A stretch of 64,000 nucleotides of DNA, taken from the NCBI GenBank assembly GCA_964291265.2, contig OZ219746.1:160001-224000 (forward strand), written 5' to 3'. This stretch comes from Alphaproteobacteria bacterium. Lineage in GTDB: Bacteria; Pseudomonadota; Alphaproteobacteria; SP197. Position 1 is the stretch's first letter, and each line of letters opens with the position of its first letter. This document shows, in pieces, positions 1 to 10,505 of this stretch. The position numbers and the translations under genes were made by a program. The notes under the pieces were generated by a model. That model was not told where the DNA came from, did not search any database, and saw only the letters and a list, made by a program, of their open reading frames with translations.

Positions 1-31
1 TGCCGCCACGGCAGGCGCGGGTGCCGGGACG

Positions 32-1294
32 TCATCGTGACGCCAGAGCGATGCCTTCAATGAGATCGAGTGCCCGGCTCAACTGATAGTCATTCATCGC
101 CTGTTCGCTGCGCCGGGAGGAATCCTTGTCCTCGTCTTCGGCGGGAAGGGTGTTTCCGGCCTCGAGGCTGTTGGCGAGATCGGCCTCGCCGAGGCGTTCC
201 ACGTCATGGGACTGGATAACCGCTTCCTCGACGATGATGTCCGGCGAGATGCCGGTTCCCTGGATCGACATGCCGGAAGGCGTGTAGTAGCGGGCGGTCG
301 TCAGGCGCATGGCGCCGCCGCTGGCCAGGGGTATGAACGACTGGACCGATCCCTTTCCGAAGGACTGAGTCCCCATGATGATGGCCCTGCGGTGATCCTG
401 CAGGGCGCCGGCGACGATCTCGGAACCCGAGGCGGAGCCGCCGTTGATCAGCACGATCATCGGCAGTCCCGACGCAAGGTCGCCGCTCTCGGAATGAAAG
501 CGCTGGGCATCGTCCTTCCGGCGTCCGCGGGTCGAGACGATTTCCCCCTGTTCAAGGAAGGAGTCGGCGACGGAGATGGCCTGGTCGAGCAGGCCCCCGG
601 GGTTGTTGCGCAGATCCAGGACGATGCCCTGAAGACCGTCGGCCGCGGCCTCTCCGATAGCCTCCATGGCGTCGTCGACGCCGCCCTGGGTCTGCTGAGT
701 GAAGGACGTGATGCGCACGTAGCCTACCTTCTTCTCGAGACGCCATCGCACCGACTGGATGGTGATGATGGCACGGATGATGGTGAAATTGATGGGCTTG
801 TCGACGCCCTCGCGGACAACGGTGAGCGTGACTTCGGAATCGGGAGGGCCGCGCAGCCGGTCCACCGCTTCGTTGAGGGTGAGACCAAGCAGGGGCTCAT
901 CGTCGAGATGGGTCACGAAGTCACCGGCCTTGATGCCGGCGCGCTGCGCCGGCGTGTCATCGATCGGCGCCACGACCTTGACGAAGCCGTTTTCCATGGT
1001 GACCTCGATCCCCAGGCCGCCAAACTCCCCGGTGGTCTGGACCTGGGCTTCGGCATAGGCATCGGGCGAGAAATAGCTCGAATGGGGATCAAGAGAACCC
1101 AGCATGCCCTCGATGGCGGCTTCGATCAGATCGGAATCGGAGACCTCCTCGACGTAGTCCGAGCGAAGGCGTTCGAATACGTCGCCGAAGAGATCAAGGG
1201 CGCGCCACGTGTCGTCGCCGGATGCCGCCGCGTACCCCGGGCCCTGCAGGACCAGAAGACCGAGGACGATCGCCAGGGAAGTCGTTCGTTTCAT
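32..1294 (-). CDS. ctpA: Carboxyl-terminal processing protease, S41 family
   Basis: Signal peptide, PDZ (GLGIEV), DLRNNPGG, SASGSE, GKGSVQ motifs; follows envC. Confidence 0.95.
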   Translation of the reverse strand: MKRTTSLAIVLGLLVLQGPGYAAASGDDTWRALDLFGDVFERLRSDYVEEVSDSDLIEAAIEGMLGSLDPHSSYFSPDAYAEAQVQTTGEFGGLGIEVTMENGFVKVVAPIDDTPAQRAGIKAGDFVTHLDDEPLLGLTLNEAVDRLRGPPDSEVTLTVVREGVDKPINFTIIRAIITIQSVRWRLEKKVGYVRITSFTQQTQGGVDDAMEAIGEAAADGLQGIVLDLRNNPGGLLDQAISVADSFLEQGEIVSTRGRRKDDAQRFHSESGDLASGLPMIVLINGGSASGSEIVAGALQDHRRAIIMGTQSFGKGSVQSFIPLASGGAMRLTTARYYTPSGMSIQGTGISPDIIVEEAVIQSHDVERLGEADLANSLEAGNTLPAEDEDKDSSRRSEQAMNDYQLSRALDLIEGIALASR

Positions 1295-2406
1295 CGTTTG
1301 CTCTCTTCGGTGAAGGTCGCGGTCAGCCAGTCCGGGGCGTGCTCGGGAATCCCCTTGTAGCGGAGTTCTACATAGAGGGTTCGCTTTTCGGTGTCATCCG
1401 TTGCCATGACGGCGACGGGCTGTCCGGCCACCAGCCACTCGCCTGTTTCGACGGTGCTGCGTTCAAAGCCGAGAAGGATCGTCCGGTAGTTGTCACCGTG
1501 ATCGATGACGAGAAGCCGCCCATGTCCGGCAAAGGGGCCTGAATACAGGACGATGCCATCGAATGGCGAGATGACCGGTTCATCCGGCGCCGTCGCGATG
1601 AAGACCCGGCGCCCCCCGTCAGGCGCGCCGCGTGCGGGGTAGGGCAGGGTCCCCTTCCGGGATTCGATGTCCGTCGCCATCAGGGCCGCACGGATATCCG
1701 CCGTCAGGATGTTGTCCGTGGACCCCTGTGTCCTCGATCCTGCTGCGATGCGGTACAGAAACGAGGTCAGGGTCTCCGGAATTCCGATCACGGGTTTCCG
1801 CACGACCGTCAACGGCGCCAGAATCTCCCGGACGCGCCTGCTCGCGGCGTCGAGTTCCTCCTGGATGGCGTGGAGACTCCCGAGTGTGTCGAGTCGGGCC
1901 GAATCCACGTCTTCTCGGATGGCGCCGAGCGCACTCAACTCCTCGAGGCGCCGTGTCATGTCCTTGATGTGTTCCTCGATGCCGGTCACAAGGGCGCGGG
2001 CGACAACCGAGGATCGGTGCACGAAGGACAACGACGCCGGCATCGCGATGACGACCCCGGGCGGGATACCGGACACCCGGTGGAGTACGCTGATACGTGT
2101 GCTCCAGGTCTCGCGATGGGGTTCGAGATCCATCAGTTCGACGTCGATCCTGCGATCGATATCGTCGAGACCCTCTTCGATCGACTCGAGGATGTCGGCA
2201 AGGCGGCGCCTTTCCGATTCTCCGGACAACAGCGTGTCGCGCAGGGACGCGAGGTCGGTCGTCGAAGGGGAAGGTTCCGCGGCCGGACCATCCTTGCCCG
2301 TGGAGATCAGGGTCTCGAGGTCGCCCGGAGTGTTCTCACCCGGAACGGGCGAGTGGACAAGGAGACCCGCTGACAGGAGCAGGGGCGCCAGGCGGAAACG
2401 GCTCAT
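1291..2406 (-). CDS. envC: Murein hydrolase activator EnvC-like (coiled coil plus degenerate M23 domain)
   Basis: Start at MSRFRLAP (ATGA overlap with the gpmI stop); C-terminal M23-like 'LLVIDHGDNYRTIL...LYVELR'; gpmI-envC-ctpA synteny. Confidence 0.8.
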   Translation of the reverse strand: MSRFRLAPLLLSAGLLVHSPVPGENTPGDLETLISTGKDGPAAEPSPSTTDLASLRDTLLSGESERRRLADILESIEEGLDDIDRRIDVELMDLEPHRETWSTRISVLHRVSGIPPGVVIAMPASLSFVHRSSVVARALVTGIEEHIKDMTRRLEELSALGAIREDVDSARLDTLGSLHAIQEELDAASRRVREILAPLTVVRKPVIGIPETLTSFLYRIAAGSRTQGSTDNILTADIRAALMATDIESRKGTLPYPARGAPDGGRRVFIATAPDEPVISPFDGIVLYSGPFAGHGRLLVIDHGDNYRTILLGFERSTVETGEWLVAGQPVAVMATDDTEKRTLYVELRYKGIPEHAPDWLTATFTEESKR

Positions 2407-3935
2407 CGACGTATCGAGAGCAGCGACGTTCCGGACATCTCGTCCGGCTGTGCGAGGCCCAGGAGGTGAAGCAGGGTGGGCGCGAGATCCTGCAGGGACC
2501 CCGAACGAAGTCTCCCGCCGGGCGGGCCATGGACCAGGGCCAGGGGAACGGGGTTGGTCGTGTGAGCCGTGTGAGGGCCGCCGTTGACCGGATCCACCAT
2601 GGTCTCGATGTTGCCGTGATCGGCGGTGACCACGAGACAGCCTCCCCTGTCGGCGACCGCGTGCGCCATGGCGCCGAGACACTGATCGACGGCTTCAACC
2701 GCCTTCACGGCTGCCGGAAGGACGCCGGTATGGCCGACCATGTCGGGATTGGCGACGTTGCAGATGATGACATCGAAGGTGTTGTCGCGCACGGCCGACA
2801 CGAGCCGCTGCGCCACCTCGAATGCCGCCATTTCGGGCTTGAGATCGTATGTGGCGACGTCAGGCGATGGCACGAGAATGCGTTCTTCCGCCGGAAAGAC
2901 CTGCTCTCGTCCGCCATTGAAGAAGTACGTGACGTGGGCATACTTTTCGGTCTCGGCGATGCGCAGCTGGCGCATGCCGGCGTCGGCAATCAGACTGCCG
3001 AAACTTCGATTCACCTCCGGGGACGGAAACATCGCCGGCAGGTGTCGATCGAGATGGGCGGCATAGGGAACCATGCCGACACACCCGGCGAGCTGCAGTC
3101 TTCTGTCCCTGTCGAAGCCGGTGAAGCCGGGGTCGACGAGGGCGCCTGTGATCTGTCGTGCCCTGTCGGCACGGAAATTCGCCATGACGAGGCCATCGCC
3201 GTCACGCATGCCGGAGTAGGCGCCGATGACTGCGGGCGTGACGAACTCGTCAGTCAGCGCCGCTGCCCGGGCACTCTCGATGGCCTCGCCGATCGTGCCG
3301 AATCGTGCGCCGTCTCCCTTGACCATGGCCGCCCAGGCCCGCTTCACCCGCTGCCAGCGCCGGTCCCGGTCCATGGCATAGTAGCGTCCGGTCAGGGTCA
3401 CGATCCGGGCGTGGGGCGCGGCGGCGGCAAAGCGTTCGAGAAAGGACCCGGCGCTTGACGGCGGGGTATCGCGACCATCGAGGAAGGCGTGGACGGCCAC
3501 ATCGATCCCCTGATCATGGAGCGTGTTGGCAATTGCTGCCATGTGGTCCTGATGACTGTGGACGCCGCCGGGCGACAGGAGCCCGGCGAGGTGGCACACG
3601 CCTCCGCTGCGTCCAAGCGCCCCGGCCAGGTCTCCAAGAAGCGGATTGCCGGCCAGGGATCCGTCGCGAACGGCAGCGTCAATACGCGGCAGGTTCTGCA
3701 TGATCATGCGGCCCGCACCCATGGTGAGATGGCCGACTTCGGAGTTCCCCATCTGGCCGCATGGCAGTCCGACGGCTTCACCGGATGTCGCGAGCGTCGT
3801 CATGGCATGGGAGTTCGCGATGGCAGACCAGGTGGGTGTTGCCGCCCGGCTGATGGCGTTGCCCGGCCCGGATTCGGCAAGACCCCAGCCGTCAAGGATG
3901 CAAAGGACCAGTGGTCGGGGGATCATGTCGGACAT
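2403..3935 (-). CDS. gpmI: 2,3-bisphosphoglycerate-independent phosphoglycerate mutase
   Basis: ILDGWG, GQMGNSEVGH, AETEKYAHVT, TADHGN motifs; start trimmed to MSDMIP. Confidence 0.95.
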   Translation of the reverse strand: MSDMIPRPLVLCILDGWGLAESGPGNAISRAATPTWSAIANSHAMTTLATSGEAVGLPCGQMGNSEVGHLTMGAGRMIMQNLPRIDAAVRDGSLAGNPLLGDLAGALGRSGGVCHLAGLLSPGGVHSHQDHMAAIANTLHDQGIDVAVHAFLDGRDTPPSSAGSFLERFAAAAPHARIVTLTGRYYAMDRDRRWQRVKRAWAAMVKGDGARFGTIGEAIESARAAALTDEFVTPAVIGAYSGMRDGDGLVMANFRADRARQITGALVDPGFTGFDRDRRLQLAGCVGMVPYAAHLDRHLPAMFPSPEVNRSFGSLIADAGMRQLRIAETEKYAHVTYFFNGGREQVFPAEERILVPSPDVATYDLKPEMAAFEVAQRLVSAVRDNTFDVIICNVANPDMVGHTGVLPAAVKAVEAVDQCLGAMAHAVADRGGCLVVTADHGNIETMVDPVNGGPHTAHTTNPVPLALVHGPPGGRLRSGSLQDLAPTLLHLLGLAQPDEMSGTSLLSIRR

Positions 3936-3967
3936 GGCTCGACCCTCGTCAGAGCCGACCAGCGGCG

Positions 3968-4294
3968 TCAGGCAGTGGCTTCCACGGGAAGCGAGGCGGG
4001 CATCGCCCACATCCGTTCCAGGTGATAGAGACTGCGCAGTTCATTGTGGAAGATATGGACGATCACATCGCCCAGATCGATCAGGATCCAGTCGCCGGGA
4101 TCGTATCCTTCCATGCGGGCGACACGTCGTCCATGGCCCTTGAGGGCTGTGGAGACCCTGTCGGCCAGGGCCGTAACCTGTCTTCGGGTCTGTCCGCCGC
4201 ACACGATCATGGAATCGGCGAACGTTGTCTTCCCGACAAGGTCGATGACCACAACGTCATCCGCCTTGCCATCTTCCAGTACCTTCGTCGTCAC
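3968..4294 (-). CDS. rsfS: Ribosome silencing factor (Iojap)
   Basis: KADDVVVIDL...WILIDLGDVIVHIF...LYHLERMW; exact start uncertain. Confidence 0.9.
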   Translation of the reverse strand: MTTKVLEDGKADDVVVIDLVGKTTFADSMIVCGGQTRRQVTALADRVSTALKGHGRRVARMEGYDPGDWILIDLGDVIVHIFHNELRSLYHLERMWAMPASLPVEATA

Positions 4295-4331
4295 GCCGAC
4301 GAGGTCCAGGTCCTCATCCCTGGAAGCGGTT

Positions 4332-4991
4332 TCATGAGGAATGGATGAATCCCCCCCTTCTCATGTCACGGTTGGTTTGGTCGGCGAAGGCGAAACGCAC
4401 ATCGCCCGATCTGATGGCCGTTGCCGAGGCGTCGTGTCTGTGGCCGACAATGAGCGCCCAGACCGGTGGTTTCCTCAAGACCAGGGATCTCGCCAGGTGT
4501 CCCGGTATGCGACAACGTCGGTAGCGTATGGCTGCCCTGCCCGTCAGACTTCTCAGAGAATAGGGAGCCCGGTCGAACACTGCAATGGGGATCATGGCAA
4601 AGAGTCGCTCCCAGTGCTTCCACAGGTGGATCTCGGCAAGGTTGTCAGCTCCCATGAGCCAGGCGAATCGACAGACCGGCGCCCGGCGCCTGAGGCAGGC
4701 GATGGTATTGACCGTGAAGTGTGTGCCAAGATCAGCCTCAAGCCCGGTCACCGAGATTCGTGCACCGCCCGCAAAGCTCCTGGCCCTCTCCAGCCGTTCG
4801 GGAAAGGGCATCATGCCGTGGACGGGCTTGAGAGGGTTGTGCGGCGCCACCAGCCACCACACCTCGTCGAGGCCCAGCTGACGGCGGGCGACGTGACTGA
4901 CAAGGAGATGCCCCTCGTGTGCGGGATTGAACGAACCACCGAGAAGGCCGATGCGCCGGCCACAACCGGCAGGGGGAATGGGATGAATCAG
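4332..4991 (-). CDS. nadD: Nicotinate-nucleotide adenylyltransferase
   Basis: GLLGGSFNPAHEGH, WLMGADNL, SATAIR; start uncertain (CTG overlapping the proA stop is proposed). Confidence 0.9.
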   Translation of the reverse strand: MIHPIPPAGCGRRIGLLGGSFNPAHEGHLLVSHVARRQLGLDEVWWLVAPHNPLKPVHGMMPFPERLERARSFAGGARISVTGLEADLGTHFTVNTIACLRRRAPVCRFAWLMGADNLAEIHLWKHWERLFAMIPIAVFDRAPYSLRSLTGRAAIRYRRCRIPGHLARSLVLRKPPVWALIVGHRHDASATAIRSGDVRFAFADQTNRDMRRGGFIHSS

Positions 4992-6274
4992 GGCCGGGTC
5001 TGTCCGCTGCCGCGCACGATGTACTTCATGGTGGTCAGCTGTTCGACGCCCACCGGTCCCCGTGCATGCAGCCTGCTTGTTGAAATGCCGATCTCGGCCC
5101 CCATGCCGAACTCGCCACCGTCGGCAAACTGTGTCGACGCATTCCACATGGCGATGGCGCTGGGCGTACGGGCGAGGAAGTACTCGGCAACGGTCTCGTT
5201 GTTCGTGACAATGGTGTCGGTGTGTTCCGAACCGTGCCGCCTGATATGGTCGAGGGCGCCATCGACCCCATCGACGGAGGCGACCGAGATCACCGCATCG
5301 AGGTACTCCGTCGACCAGTCGTTGGCGGAAGCCGGTTTCACCCTGGGATCGAGTGGCGCGGTGGAGCGGTCACCGCGGACCTCGCATCCCTGGTCCAGGA
5401 GGGCCTGGACGATGGTCCTTCTCGTGACATCGCCAAGAGAGTTGTCGAGCAGCAGCGTTTCCGCGGCGCCGCAGATGCTGGTGCGCCGCATCTTGGCATT
5501 GATGGCGATGTCGCATGCCATGTCCGGGTCGGCATCGGCATCGACATAGACGTGGCAAAGCCCGACGAGGTGGGCGAGCACGGGGACGCGGCTCTCGCGC
5601 TGCACCCGCTCCACGAGCGAAGGGCCGCCGCGTGGCACGATGATGTCGATCCAGCGGGTCATGGTGAGCATTGCGCCCACAGCGGCACGATCGGTGACCG
5701 GCACCATCTGGATGGCATCTTCGGGAAGGCCGGCGTCCGCCAGTCCCTCTCGCAGGCACCTCGCAATCACGCGGGACGTGGCGACACTCTCCGAGCCGCC
5801 GCGCAGGATGGCCGCATTCCCCGACTTGAGACAGAGCGCCCCGGCGTCCGCCGTCACGTTGGGGCGCGACTCATAGATGATTCCGATGACGCCGAGCGGA
5901 ACCGAAACCCGTGCGATATCGAGACCGTTGGGCCGGTTCCAGCGGGCGAGTTCGCGCCCCACCGGATCGTCCAGGAGCGCGATGGCGTCGAGTGCGGCGG
6001 CCATCGATTCGATCCTGGCATGATCGAGAGTGAGGCGCTCGAGCATCGGTGCCGACATGTTCGCCGCCCGAGCCCTGTCGAGATCGGCGACGTTGGCGGC
6101 AAGAATGTCGTCGCGGCCGTCCCGCAGACGGAAGGCTGCGCGATTGAGGGCACGCCGTTTTCGTGTATCCGGCGCATGGGCCAGAACTCCGGCAGCGTGG
6201 CAAGCGGCCCGGCCAAGATCCTCCATCATGTCCGTGACGGCATGGGTGTCCTCGCGTCGGGCGGTTCGGGTCAT
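4988..6274 (-). CDS. proA: Glutamate-5-semialdehyde dehydrogenase
   Basis: IYESRPNVT, NASTQFADGGEFGMGAEIGIST, HARGPVG. Confidence 0.97.
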   Translation of the reverse strand: MTRTARREDTHAVTDMMEDLGRAACHAAGVLAHAPDTRKRRALNRAAFRLRDGRDDILAANVADLDRARAANMSAPMLERLTLDHARIESMAAALDAIALLDDPVGRELARWNRPNGLDIARVSVPLGVIGIIYESRPNVTADAGALCLKSGNAAILRGGSESVATSRVIARCLREGLADAGLPEDAIQMVPVTDRAAVGAMLTMTRWIDIIVPRGGPSLVERVQRESRVPVLAHLVGLCHVYVDADADPDMACDIAINAKMRRTSICGAAETLLLDNSLGDVTRRTIVQALLDQGCEVRGDRSTAPLDPRVKPASANDWSTEYLDAVISVASVDGVDGALDHIRRHGSEHTDTIVTNNETVAEYFLARTPSAIAMWNASTQFADGGEFGMGAEIGISTSRLHARGPVGVEQLTTMKYIVRGSGQTRP

Positions 6275-7383
6275 GACAACACCAGATCGTCCCTGTGGAT
6301 CAGTTCCTCGCGACCTCGATAGCCCAGGAGCCGTTCGATTTCACTGCTTTTCTGGCCGGCGATGGATTCGGCGTCGTCCCGGGAGTAGGCAACGAGTCCA
6401 CGGGCGATCTCGACTCCGTCCGGATCTTCGACAATGACGGCATCACCCTTGCGGAAGGCGCCGGAAAACCCTGTCACGCCGGCCGGCAGAAGGCTGCGGC
6501 CGCGATTGAGGGCGGCATGAGCCCCGGCATCCACGGTGATGGTGCCGGAGGGTTTGAGGGACCCGGCAATCCAGCGCTTGCGGGCGCCGGCGGGATTGTC
6601 CCTGGCCATGAACCACGTGCAGGGCCTGCCTTCGAGAATGGCGCGCAGGGGATGCTGGATGTGCCCGTTGGAGATCACCATGTGGCAGCCCGCCGTCATG
6701 GAGATTCCGGCGGCGATGAGCTTGGTCTTCATGCCGCCTGACGAGTCGCCGGGCCGGATCCGGCCGGCCATGGCCTCGATGCGGGGCGTGACCGCGTCAA
6801 CCTGTTCCACCAGGGGCGCATCGGGATCGTCCTTCGGGTCCCTCTCGTAGAGGCCGTCGACATCCGACAGCAGGACGAGGGTATCGGCGCTCGCCATCAT
6901 GGCGACACGGGCCGACAGCCTGTCGTTGTCGCCGAACCGGATTTCGTGGGTGGCGATGGTGTCGTTTTCGTTGATGACCGGGACGATGCCGTACTTCAGG
7001 AGGCGGTTGAGAGTGTTGAGCGCATTGATGTAGCGTCGGCGATCCTCGGTATCGTCGAGTGTGAGGAGGAGTTGCGCAGTGCCCGTGTCGTGGCGGCCGA
7101 GGGATTCCTGGTAGGCGTGGACCAGCCGTGCCTGGCCGGCTGCGGCTGCGGCCTGGCTGTCGTCGAGACGCAGGCGTCCCGGGGGGAGATCGAGATGGCG
7201 TCGACCGATGGCAATGGCGCCGGAGGTGACGATCACCACCTCGCAGCCGCCGTTGCGCATGAGGGTGATGTCGTCGGCCAGGGAGTGGAGCCAGGACCGC
7301 CGGATCCGTCCTTCATGTTCGTCCACGAGCAGTGAGGATCCGATCTTGATGACGATCCTGCGGGCCTGGTCCAGCCGGGGCAC
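6271..7383 (-). CDS. proB: Glutamate 5-kinase with PUA domain
   Basis: VIKIGSSLL, INENDT, FGDNDRLSA, GGMKTKL. Confidence 0.97.
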   Translation of the reverse strand: MPRLDQARRIVIKIGSSLLVDEHEGRIRRSWLHSLADDITLMRNGGCEVVIVTSGAIAIGRRHLDLPPGRLRLDDSQAAAAAGQARLVHAYQESLGRHDTGTAQLLLTLDDTEDRRRYINALNTLNRLLKYGIVPVINENDTIATHEIRFGDNDRLSARVAMMASADTLVLLSDVDGLYERDPKDDPDAPLVEQVDAVTPRIEAMAGRIRPGDSSGGMKTKLIAAGISMTAGCHMVISNGHIQHPLRAILEGRPCTWFMARDNPAGARKRWIAGSLKPSGTITVDAGAHAALNRGRSLLPAGVTGFSGAFRKGDAVIVEDPDGVEIARGLVAYSRDDAESIAGQKSSEIERLLGYRGREELIHRDDLVLS

Positions 7384-7396
7384 GGGACGTCAGTCC

Positions 7397-8395
7397 TCAG
7401 CCGTGGTTGCGCTGCCGGACGAGTCCCGCCAGCAGACGCAGGAGTGCCGGCACGCCCTCGCCGGTGACCGCCGAAACGGCATGGGCGTCGCAGCCTGCCG
7501 AACCGGAGAGCTGCCGCAGGGCCTCGTGCCTGTCGCGGTCGCTGACGGCGTCGATCTTGGTGAGAACCGGCACCATGGTGCGTGCCGCGAGGTCATGGCC
7601 ATAGGATTCGATCTCGCGGCGCACCGTCTGGAAATCGGCGGCAGGATCGCCGGTTGTCCCGTCCACGAGATGAAGCAGGGCGGCACAGCGTTCTGCATGA
7701 CCGAGGAAGCGGTCTCCGAGTCCCGTCCCCTGGTGCGCCCCCTCGATGAGACCGGGGAGATCGGCAAGAACGAAGCCGTCGTCGTTCCGCTCGACCTTGC
7801 CGAGATGGGGGTGGAGTGTGGTGAAGGGGTAGTCGGCGATCTTCGGATGGGCCCGTGTCACCACCGAGAGCAGGGTTGACTTGCCGGCGTTGGGCAGGCC
7901 GACCATGCCGATGTCGGCGATGAGCTTGAGACGCAGCCACACCCACATCTCCTCTCCGGGGCGTCCTGGCTCGGCATTCCGGGGGGTGCGGTTGGTCGAC
8001 GACTTGAAGCGGGCGTTGCCGCGGCCGCCGATGCCGCCGGGGAGCAGGGTCATCCGTTCGCCAGGGCGTGTCAGGTCCGCGAGAACCGTCTTCCTGTCTT
8101 CGGCAAGGACCTCGGTGCCGGGCGGCAGATTGATGACGATGTCGCTGGCGCTGGCGCCGGTGCGCTGGTTGCCGCCACCGGGCATGCCGGTCCGCGCCCG
8201 GAAGTGCTGGCGGTAGCGAAAGTCGATCAGGGTGTTGAGGCTTTGGACGCAGGCAAGGACAATGTTGCCGCCGCGTCCTCCGTCACCGCCGTCGGGCCCG
8301 CCAAATTCCACGTGTTTCTCGCGGCGGAAACTCACGGCGCCCCTGCCGCCGTCACCGCTCTTCAGGCAGATTTTCGCTTCATCGAGAAACTTCAT
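7397..8395 (-). CDS. obgE: GTPase Obg/CgtA
   Basis: Gly-rich N-terminus GGPDGGDGGRGG, GLPNAGKS, YPFTT, DLPGLIEGAH. Confidence 0.97.
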   Translation of the reverse strand: MKFLDEAKICLKSGDGGRGAVSFRREKHVEFGGPDGGDGGRGGNIVLACVQSLNTLIDFRYRQHFRARTGMPGGGNQRTGASASDIVINLPPGTEVLAEDRKTVLADLTRPGERMTLLPGGIGGRGNARFKSSTNRTPRNAEPGRPGEEMWVWLRLKLIADIGMVGLPNAGKSTLLSVVTRAHPKIADYPFTTLHPHLGKVERNDDGFVLADLPGLIEGAHQGTGLGDRFLGHAERCAALLHLVDGTTGDPAADFQTVRREIESYGHDLAARTMVPVLTKIDAVSDRDRHEALRQLSGSAGCDAHAVSAVTGEGVPALLRLLAGLVRQRNHG

Positions 8396-8424
8396 GCCGG
8401 CAGTCCAGGCCAGGCATCGAAGCC

Positions 8425-8694
8425 TTACTCCGCGGCGAGGGGCGGTGGAACGACGTCGATGTAGGTCCGGGTGCGCCCTCGACGACGGAACTGCACGGTA
8501 CCGGTCGACGTGGCGAAGAGGGTATGGTCCCTGCCCATCCCGACATTGGCCCCCGCATGGAACCGCGTGCCGCGCTGGCGAATGATGATGTTGCCGGGAA
8601 TCACGTTCTCGCCGCCGAACTTCTTGACGCCGAGCCTCTGTCCCGGGGAGTCACGCCCGTTGCGCGAACTGCCGCCTGCCTTCTTGTGGGCCAT
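8425..8694 (-). CDS. rpmA: 50S ribosomal protein L27
   Basis: [16 protein letters not shown]. Confidence 0.98.
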   Translation of the reverse strand: MAHKKAGGSSRNGRDSPGQRLGVKKFGGENVIPGNIIIRQRGTRFHAGANVGMGRDHTLFATSTGTVQFRRRGRTRTYIDVVPPPLAAE

Positions 8695-8711
8695 GGATCA
8701 ATCCTCTCTCA

Positions 8712-9035
8712 TCAGGCGTTGCCGCCCGAGGAACTGTCGAGGATCTCCCTCACCCGGACGACGGTCTGTTGCTGGCGGTGGCCGGCGCGCCGACGATACT
8801 TCTTCCGGCGCTTCTTCTTGAAGACGAGAATCTTGGCCTGACGCTTGTGTTCCAGGATCTCGGCCTTCACGCTGGCGCCGATGGCGTTCGTGTCGATTGC
8901 GCCCTCGCCACCGACCATCAGGACTCTTGTGAACTCGACGATATCGCCGGGGCTGCCATCGAGGCGCTCCACGCTGAGCACACCCTCGGGCTCCACCCGG
9001 TACTGCTTGCCGCCGGTCTGGATGACTGCATACAT
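8712..9035 (-). CDS. rplU: 50S ribosomal protein L21
   Basis: MYAVIQTGGKQYRV...GHRQ. Confidence 0.97.
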   Translation of the reverse strand: MYAVIQTGGKQYRVEPEGVLSVERLDGSPGDIVEFTRVLMVGGEGAIDTNAIGASVKAEILEHKRQAKILVFKKKRRKKYRRRAGHRQQQTVVRVREILDSSSGGNA

Positions 9036-9133
9036 GGTCTGTTCCGCCAGTCTGCGTCCTGCCACCATGGCAGAGGAGCGTTATACTGCGGGTCCCCGCA
9101 AAGTCAACATTCCGCGAGGGCCTCACCTCGCCG

Positions 9134-9556
9134 TCAGCGATAGAGTTCGTCCCACAGGAAGATGGTGCACACCATGAAGGCGAGGAGGGAATAGAGCAGG
9201 GTGGTGAACACCTCGTGCTGTGTGCAGGCAAACAGGGCTACCCGCCCCTGCTTGTCATGGCCGAAGATCGGCGGTGCGTGATCGGGAGCGGTCCGCTGGG
9301 TCATGATGACGGCCAGAGGAACGATGCCGAGAACATAGGCAAAGGGCGCCAGGTCACTGAGGTCCAGAAAGGGAAAGTAGCCGCTGGCCCCGAAGACGCC
9401 CACAGGAAGGATGGACCAGAAGAACCCCATGTTGGCCAGGAACTCGGTGTTCATTTCCGTGGCCTTGCCAAACCCGCGGCACAGCATTGCCAGGATGGCC
9501 GCGAGCAGAAAACCGCAGAACGTCCAGATGGCAAGACCGCTGCCTGTCAGTTCCAT
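9134..9556 (-). CDS. Hypothetical membrane protein (about 4 TM)
   Basis: Hydrophobic ORF filling the gap between SDR and rplU; start at MELTGSG. Confidence 0.65.
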   Translation of the reverse strand: MELTGSGLAIWTFCGFLLAAILAMLCRGFGKATEMNTEFLANMGFFWSILPVGVFGASGYFPFLDLSDLAPFAYVLGIVPLAVIMTQRTAPDHAPPIFGHDKQGRVALFACTQHEVFTTLLYSLLAFMVCTIFLWDELYR

Positions 9557-9631
9557 GGATCGTTTCCCCGGGCGGTTGTGCAAGGTCCGCGAGCCGCGAT
9601 TATAGGGAGATCGTCAGGGCCTGCGCAACCG

Positions 9632-10393
9632 TCATCCCCTGCCGATGTACGGCATGCCGTTGGCCATGACGGTCACGAAGGGGATATTGGCATCGAGCGG
9701 CATGTTGGCGATCACGAGAATGGTGTTGACGACATGGGCGACGTCCATCACGGGTTCCGGCGCGATGCGCCCGTCGGGTTGTTCCAGGCCATCGCCCGCC
9801 CCTGCGGTCATGTCGGTCAGGGCGTTGCCGATGTCGATCTGGCTGCAGCAGATGTCATGGGCCCTGCCGTCGAGGCAGATGGAGCGGGTGAGGCCGGTCA
9901 CGGCGTGCTTGGTTGCCGTATAGGGAGCGGACAACGGGCGCGGCACGTGGGCCGACACCGAGCCGTTGTTGATGATCCGTCCGCCCCTGGGGTCTTGAGC
10001 CTTCATGAGACGCATCGCCTGGCGTGCCATCAGGAAGGATCCCGTCAGGTTGGTATCGACCACGGCCTGCCACTCGTCGATGTCCAGTTCCTCGAGAGGC
10101 GCGGCCCTGGCGCCGATGCCGGCATTGTTGAACAGGAGATCGAGGCGGGGGAAGCGCCGTTCGAAGCTGGCAAAGAGGTCACCGACCGATTCGGGTCGGG
10201 TGACGTCACACTGGATCGCGACGAGGCGTCCTGCAAGATCCGGGCGTTCCGCCACCACGCCGTCCAGGCGTTCCTTGCGGCGTCCGGCAAGAACGACATG
10301 AAAACCGTCATCGCCGAGTCCGAGCGCGACAGCCCGCCCGATACCTATGCTGGCTCCCGTCACGACTGCAACCCGCTGGCCGCTCTCACCCAT
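9632..10393 (-). CDS. Short-chain dehydrogenase/reductase
   Basis: [17 protein letters not shown]; [11 protein letters not shown] subfamily motif. Confidence 0.92.
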   Translation of the reverse strand: MGESGQRVAVVTGASIGIGRAVALGLGDDGFHVVLAGRRKERLDGVVAERPDLAGRLVAIQCDVTRPESVGDLFASFERRFPRLDLLFNNAGIGARAAPLEELDIDEWQAVVDTNLTGSFLMARQAMRLMKAQDPRGGRIINNGSVSAHVPRPLSAPYTATKHAVTGLTRSICLDGRAHDICCSQIDIGNALTDMTAGAGDGLEQPDGRIAPEPVMDVAHVVNTILVIANMPLDANIPFVTVMANGMPYIGRG

Positions 10394-10505
10394 GACCTCT
10401 TCCCTTCATCCTTGCACAGGCAGGATGTCGTTTCATCAAGCCTCACGATAGGGTCTTGTCGCGGAACGGTCATCCCCTTCGTCACCTCAACGCAGGACTG
10501 ATCCC

